Assembly (NCBI GenBank): GCA_963668355.1
Contig: OY764265.1
Coordinates: forward strand, 1-64,000
Direction: 5' to 3'
Origin: Bdellovibrionota bacterium
Lineage (GTDB): Bacteria; Bdellovibrionota_G; JALEGL01; DATDPG01
DNA: 64,000 nucleotides
Both the position numbers and the translations under genes were made by a program. The notes beneath the pieces were generated by a model. The model did no database searches. It was not told the DNA's origin and saw only the letters and a list, made by a program, of their open reading frames with translations. Positions 60,453 to 64,000 of the stretch are shown piece by piece (within the stretch, counting starts at the first letter, position 1; each line of letters starts with the position of its first letter).

Positions 60453-60990
60453 TTAATCGGATTCAGTGGTGTGGCCTTTGAGTTCAAGTGGCTTTTTAAA
60501 CTTGGGCGAGAGCAACCAGTAGCCGTAGCTCAGCCCTAGACCTAAAACTCCCACGCTATACCAAAGAAAGTGAGGGCCTATCTTCTCGTAGACGGACGTT
60601 CCCAACGGGCCCGCTATCACAAAGGCCACCGAAAATGACATGGCAATGGCAGCCATGTATTTTCCCTGCGCGCCCACGGGAGACCATTGGCCGGCCACCG
60701 CATGCAACATCGGCGCGGAAAGCATCTCACCGAATGTCCACACAACCACAGTGAAAACCGCAAAACCAAACGTTTGACCTAAGGGCATGAGACTGGAACC
60801 AAAACAGAGAAACAACGTACGTATGGCGCAGAGCTTGAGCGGATCTCTCTTTTCCACGAACTTGATGAGAACCATCTCGAACAAAACAATGGCAATCGTA
60901 TTCACCGCATAGAGCATCCCGATTCGATTCTCGAGCAAACCGTAGTGATCTCGGAGATAAAGAGGAAACGTGCCCAAAAACTGCATAAAT
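60453..60990 (-). pseudogene. C-terminal half of an MFS transporter, truncated
   Basis: Six TM helices with VWTFGEML..P, QGKYM, GPLG; the apparent N-terminus MDTVDCPPIS is read from the adjacent palindrome; no N-terminal half found upstream. Confidence 0.8.
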
Positions 60991-61060
60991 GAAATCGGGG
61001 GACAGTCGACCGTATCCATTTTTCTAGAATCGGATAGCGTCGACTGTCCCCCGATTACAT
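60989..61060. repeat. Palindromic REP/MITE-like element
   Basis: Perfect 18-bp inverted repeat AATCGGGGGACAGTCGAC (60993-61010) / GTCGACTGTCCCCCGATT (61039-61056), with inner TATCC/GGATA. Confidence 0.85.
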
Positions 61061-61495
61061 GGGGAGGTTGGAAATCATCTCAGAGAAAGGAAATCCCTAT
61101 ACGTTAGGTCCGGGCTTCTGCCTTTTTAAGATTCTTCCCGTACTCCGTTCGAGCTCCTTTTCCCGAATCTTCAATTCGAATTCCGGTTACGTCGTACGGC
61201 CCCCGACTTCCCCCGACTTTGTGGCGTCTCCTAGTCCCGCGATCGGGGTTTCCTCATTTCCACCGCCTGGACATCCCAGAAGCAGAAAAAGGCTCATGAA
61301 ACCAAAAAGCTGCAAACACCCCCCTAAACCCATGCCCCACGCATGGAGCGAGAAGTGTGTCAAGTTTCTCGACAGAGGCGTGCGTTTTAAGTGTAAGATA
61401 TTAAGAGGTTAAGAAAAATCACGGCTAAGGAACTTCGACCTGTAAACTTCAGTTCTCTCCCTAGGGACGCAAAAGTTCCGCCCCAAAACCTTGTA

Positions 61496-61524
61496 TTGAC
61501 ATGGTGCGTTATTTTTTGTATAGG
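61496..61524 (+). promoter_or_regulatory. Candidate sigma70 promoter for the large secreted ORF
   Basis: TTGACA-N17-TATAGG; GAGG RBS before ATG 61580. Confidence 0.5.
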
Positions 61525-61579
61525 TTGAGCCCCATTACGAGTGGGGTGATTTGCTAACTTTAGCCTTGAGGTTTAACTA

Positions 61580-64000
61580 ATGTTGGGTTTATTTTTTAAA
61601 CAGCGTGTTTCCCTTTTTCTTTTCATCTGTCTTCTTCCCTCGCTGGGTTTAAGTCAGCCAAAGCTTCCCCTTCACTTGGAGCCTTTGGCCGATGCTCGTT
61701 ATGGAGAGCCTCAAACCGAATTAGCTCAAGCCTACTTGGCCCTGCAATTCGAAGTGTCTGAGCTTGCCTCGGCTCAATATGAAAACTGGCAAAACAACCA
61801 GGGAATTAGTGGCTTCACCTACAACTACGACGAGAGCCTCGAGAAAAGTTTTCAACATAAACAAACGCAGCTGATCGATCTCGGTAACGAACTCATCGCC
61901 AACGCGACACCCCTTCAAGTTGGCTATGCTCTAACCTATTTTCCTCATCTAGCAACTGGTTTGGGATTAGCTCCATCGCTGGCCGGGCAGCAACAATCTC
62001 TCGATCTGCCTCGTTTCAGTCGAAACGCCGTCACCAAACATCATCGTCGAAGCTTGCTCATCCGTTGGATGGAGTTGGGCGAAGAATCGAATCCCGAATT
62101 GGCGGCCGAACTATTTGAGACTCTTCTTCGGGCGCAACGTCACGCCCAAAATTACTATGAAATTCTCAGCCAGATGGCTCTTATCGAGGCTGAAAGAGAA
62201 ATCATCGGCCAAGCCAACGCCGACCGTATTCGATCCTTGGAAACAGTTGTCAATGCCTACGCGAAAGAAGCTTTCGATCTAAATAAAGTTCTTAGGCTTG
62301 AATATCGAAACGTTCAGAATCCTCGCTATCGTGAATGGATTGAGGGCGCTGTTGCTTTTCTCGATGAATCCCCCGCTCTCCCCACGAATGTCGGTGAAAT
62401 GATCGCCCTGCCTTTGTGGGGTGGGGCCAAAGTCGGTTGGCGAACCCTCACGTCTCGTTTTCATCGGCACATTCGGCAAGACGAAGAGCGAGCTTTGGCC
62501 GAAGAACTTCTTTTGGCGGAAGAAAAAGCCAAAACGACAAATGCGACACATGTAGCTGGCTTAAAACTCGATCGGGCCATGCCGGGTTTCTCCATCACTC
62601 ATCAATCTAATCCGTTTCTTGCCCTTGAAGGTGTGCCGGAGGGATTTGCCGGACTTCTAAGTTGGGTCGAAAGTCTTGGGGGCGAGTTTGCTCGTTTGAA
62701 CGTGGCGGAAGGTTCAAAAATTCTCTTCATCGATGGCGCCCAAGGCATCATGTCCATCGCTGCCGCTCGCGAAAACTTCGTGGAAGACTATGCGAAAACA
62801 GCCGGAAAGTGGCTGCAAGGCAACTTCACGCGAGATGAAGCCCTTCGTGAAGAACGCTTACAGCAAGCCTCGGTGCTAGCCGTCGTCAATGCAGAAAAAG
62901 GTTATCTCAATCCTGAGTTTTCTCCCATGTACACGGCCGGAGTTCTCGTCGGAGCTCGTGGAGCCATCAAAGTTATCGTGGCGCCGATCTCCGTAATGCG
63001 AGGTTTGGCTTCGAAAGTGCGAATTCCTTCTCTGCGATGGAATCTTTCCAAAGATGCTCGCGCCAAATTGGGCGTTGAGTGGAAACCCAAAAATACTGAA
63101 ACTAGAAATGTCATCGATGGTCTTATTGCCGAAATTCAAAGCACTCGAACGCCCTTAGACCGTATGATGTCCGAAGCTAGAGGGGCGATCGGATCCGGCG
63201 GTCGGACTTATGGTGAAGGCACTGGTGGAAGCGGAGGTTCTGGCGGTGGTGGAACTGTGGTTCGACCTTCTTCGGGCAACTCCGGATCTCCTTCGGGTGG
63301 AACGGCAATCGCCACGGCCACGCGCTTTTCCACTCAAACTTCACAAACCTCTGCCCCAGGAATGCAAGTACAGTCGTCTTCCACGGCTGTAACCGGATCT
63401 CAACCTCAAGCTTCTGGCGCAATCATAACAATGGTTCCCGATCTTGAGATTCAAGATGACATGGAAGTCCGTCACCCGGATCCGGGAAAACTCATTGAAG
63501 AGAGAACCAAAGCCGTGCGCGAGCAACAGGAACGACTCTTCCTCGCTACACCGGGAGCGTATGAAGATTTTAAGGGTGACGTAAATGCTTGGATTGCAGC
63601 TGGTTCGCCGACTCCCCATGACTGGTCGAAGTTTGTGGAGTTTAATTCCCGCGAATATTACGCCATGTACTTCACCGGATCCGAAGAGTTAGATGCGGCA
63701 GAAGCCGCGGCTCGAAAAGAGGCGCTTCAAATGCTGGAAGCTCTTTTTGCTCGAACCACGAGCAATCAATCTGAAGCTCGACGCCTGGCGGAAATTGTCA
63801 TGGAAATCGGCATTCTTAACATCACCGATTTCGATGGAACCCGCTCTCGCTTAGGAGATTTAGGTGAAGAACGTAACGCGCAGGTCGATGAAATGGCCAA
63901 CGTGTTAGCCGACGCGGAAAAAGCTTTCGGCATTACGTCGATTAAAGCTTCGGGTCGACCTCTGGCCTGGCCTGGCATTGGTCTTCTCAACGATATTGAG
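61580..64000 (+). CDS. Large secreted hypothetical protein, at least 807 aa, runs off the window
   Basis: Manual translation (not in ORF track): no stop from ATG 61580 to the edge; signal peptide MLGLFFKQRVSLFLFICLLPSLGLS; helical domains and a Gly/Ser/Thr linker near 63190-63420. Confidence 0.85.
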   Translation, partial: MLGLFFKQRVSLFLFICLLPSLGLSQPKLPLHLEPLADARYGEPQTELAQAYLALQFEVSELASAQYENWQNNQGISGFTYNYDESLEKSFQHKQTQLIDLGNELIANATPLQVGYALTYFPHLATGLGLAPSLAGQQQSLDLPRFSRNAVTKHHRRSLLIRWMELGEESNPELAAELFETLLRAQRHAQNYYEILSQMALIEAEREIIGQANADRIRSLETVVNAYAKEAFDLNKVLRLEYRNVQNPRYREWIEGAVAFLDESPALPTNVGEMIALPLWGGAKVGWRTLTSRFHRHIRQDEERALAEELLLAEEKAKTTNATHVAGLKLDRAMPGFSITHQSNPFLALEGVPEGFAGLLSWVESLGGEFARLNVAEGSKILFIDGAQGIMSIAAARENFVEDYAKTAGKWLQGNFTRDEALREERLQQASVLAVVNAEKGYLNPEFSPMYTAGVLVGARGAIKVIVAPISVMRGLASKVRIPSLRWNLSKDARAKLGVEWKPKNTETRNVIDGLIAEIQSTRTPLDRMMSEARGAIGSGGRTYGEGTGGSGGSGGGGTVVRPSSGNSGSPSGGTAIATATRFSTQTSQTSAPGMQVQSSSTAVTGSQPQASGAIITMVPDLEIQDDMEVRHPDPGKLIEERTKAVREQQERLFLATPGAYEDFKGDVNAWIAAGSPTPHDWSKFVEFNSREYYAMYFTGSEELDAAEAAARKEALQMLEALFARTTSNQSEARRLAEIVMEIGILNITDFDGTRSRLGDLGEERNAQVDEMANVLADAEKAFGITSIKASGRPLAWPGIGLLNDIE

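Noticed and set aside
61430..61490. c-di-GMP-I riboswitch (GGGACGCAAA at 61464-61473)
   Set aside because: Upstream GGCAAA/GNRA stem is missing and the motif lies before the candidate promoter.
1..64000. CRISPR array, rRNA, intact transposase or defence system
   Set aside because: No regularly spaced repeats or recognisable motifs seen by eye.

Overview
Bacterial chromosomal window whose gene content and synteny point to the Bdellovibrionota/Myxococcota (former Deltaproteobacteria) radiation; this is an inference, not a taxonomic search. In order it holds: a Pif1-family helicase running off the left edge (absent from the ORF track), a parvulin lipoprotein, aceE, yihY, tal-pyrF-pyrE, an ArsS-type radical SAM gene divergent from an Rrf2-sufBCDSU operon, VKOR-DsbA/YyaL/lgt, and a type IV pilus locus (XRE-pilMNOPQ-lipoprotein-TPR-roadblock-accBC-SgmX-like TPR-ExeA). 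It continues with the ffh-rpsP-khpA-rimM-trmD-rplS block plus an ATPase-degenerate SMC/YhaN-like gene, PhoH2, amgK-murU, a frameshifted Cys-repeat lipoprotein, bolA-grxD, a dense nucleoside-salvage cluster, a PhaR-like regulator, two outer-membrane barrels and tRNA-Arg(UCG). The tail is accessory and partly decayed, ending in an unknown secreted ORF of at least 807 codons running off the right edge. Best leads: (1) tRNA-mimic elements with covarying GNRA hairpins inserted in the T-loop just after tRNA-Arg; (2) a uridine-phosphorylase paralog lacking the uracil-binding Q-x-R motif, paired with a yeast-type cytosine deaminase and a divergent UPRT (possible cytidine-phosphorolysis route); (3) a ~190-nt structured ncRNA candidate; (4) a palindromic element truncating an MFS gene. 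All calls come from motif recognition by eye; no searches were run.
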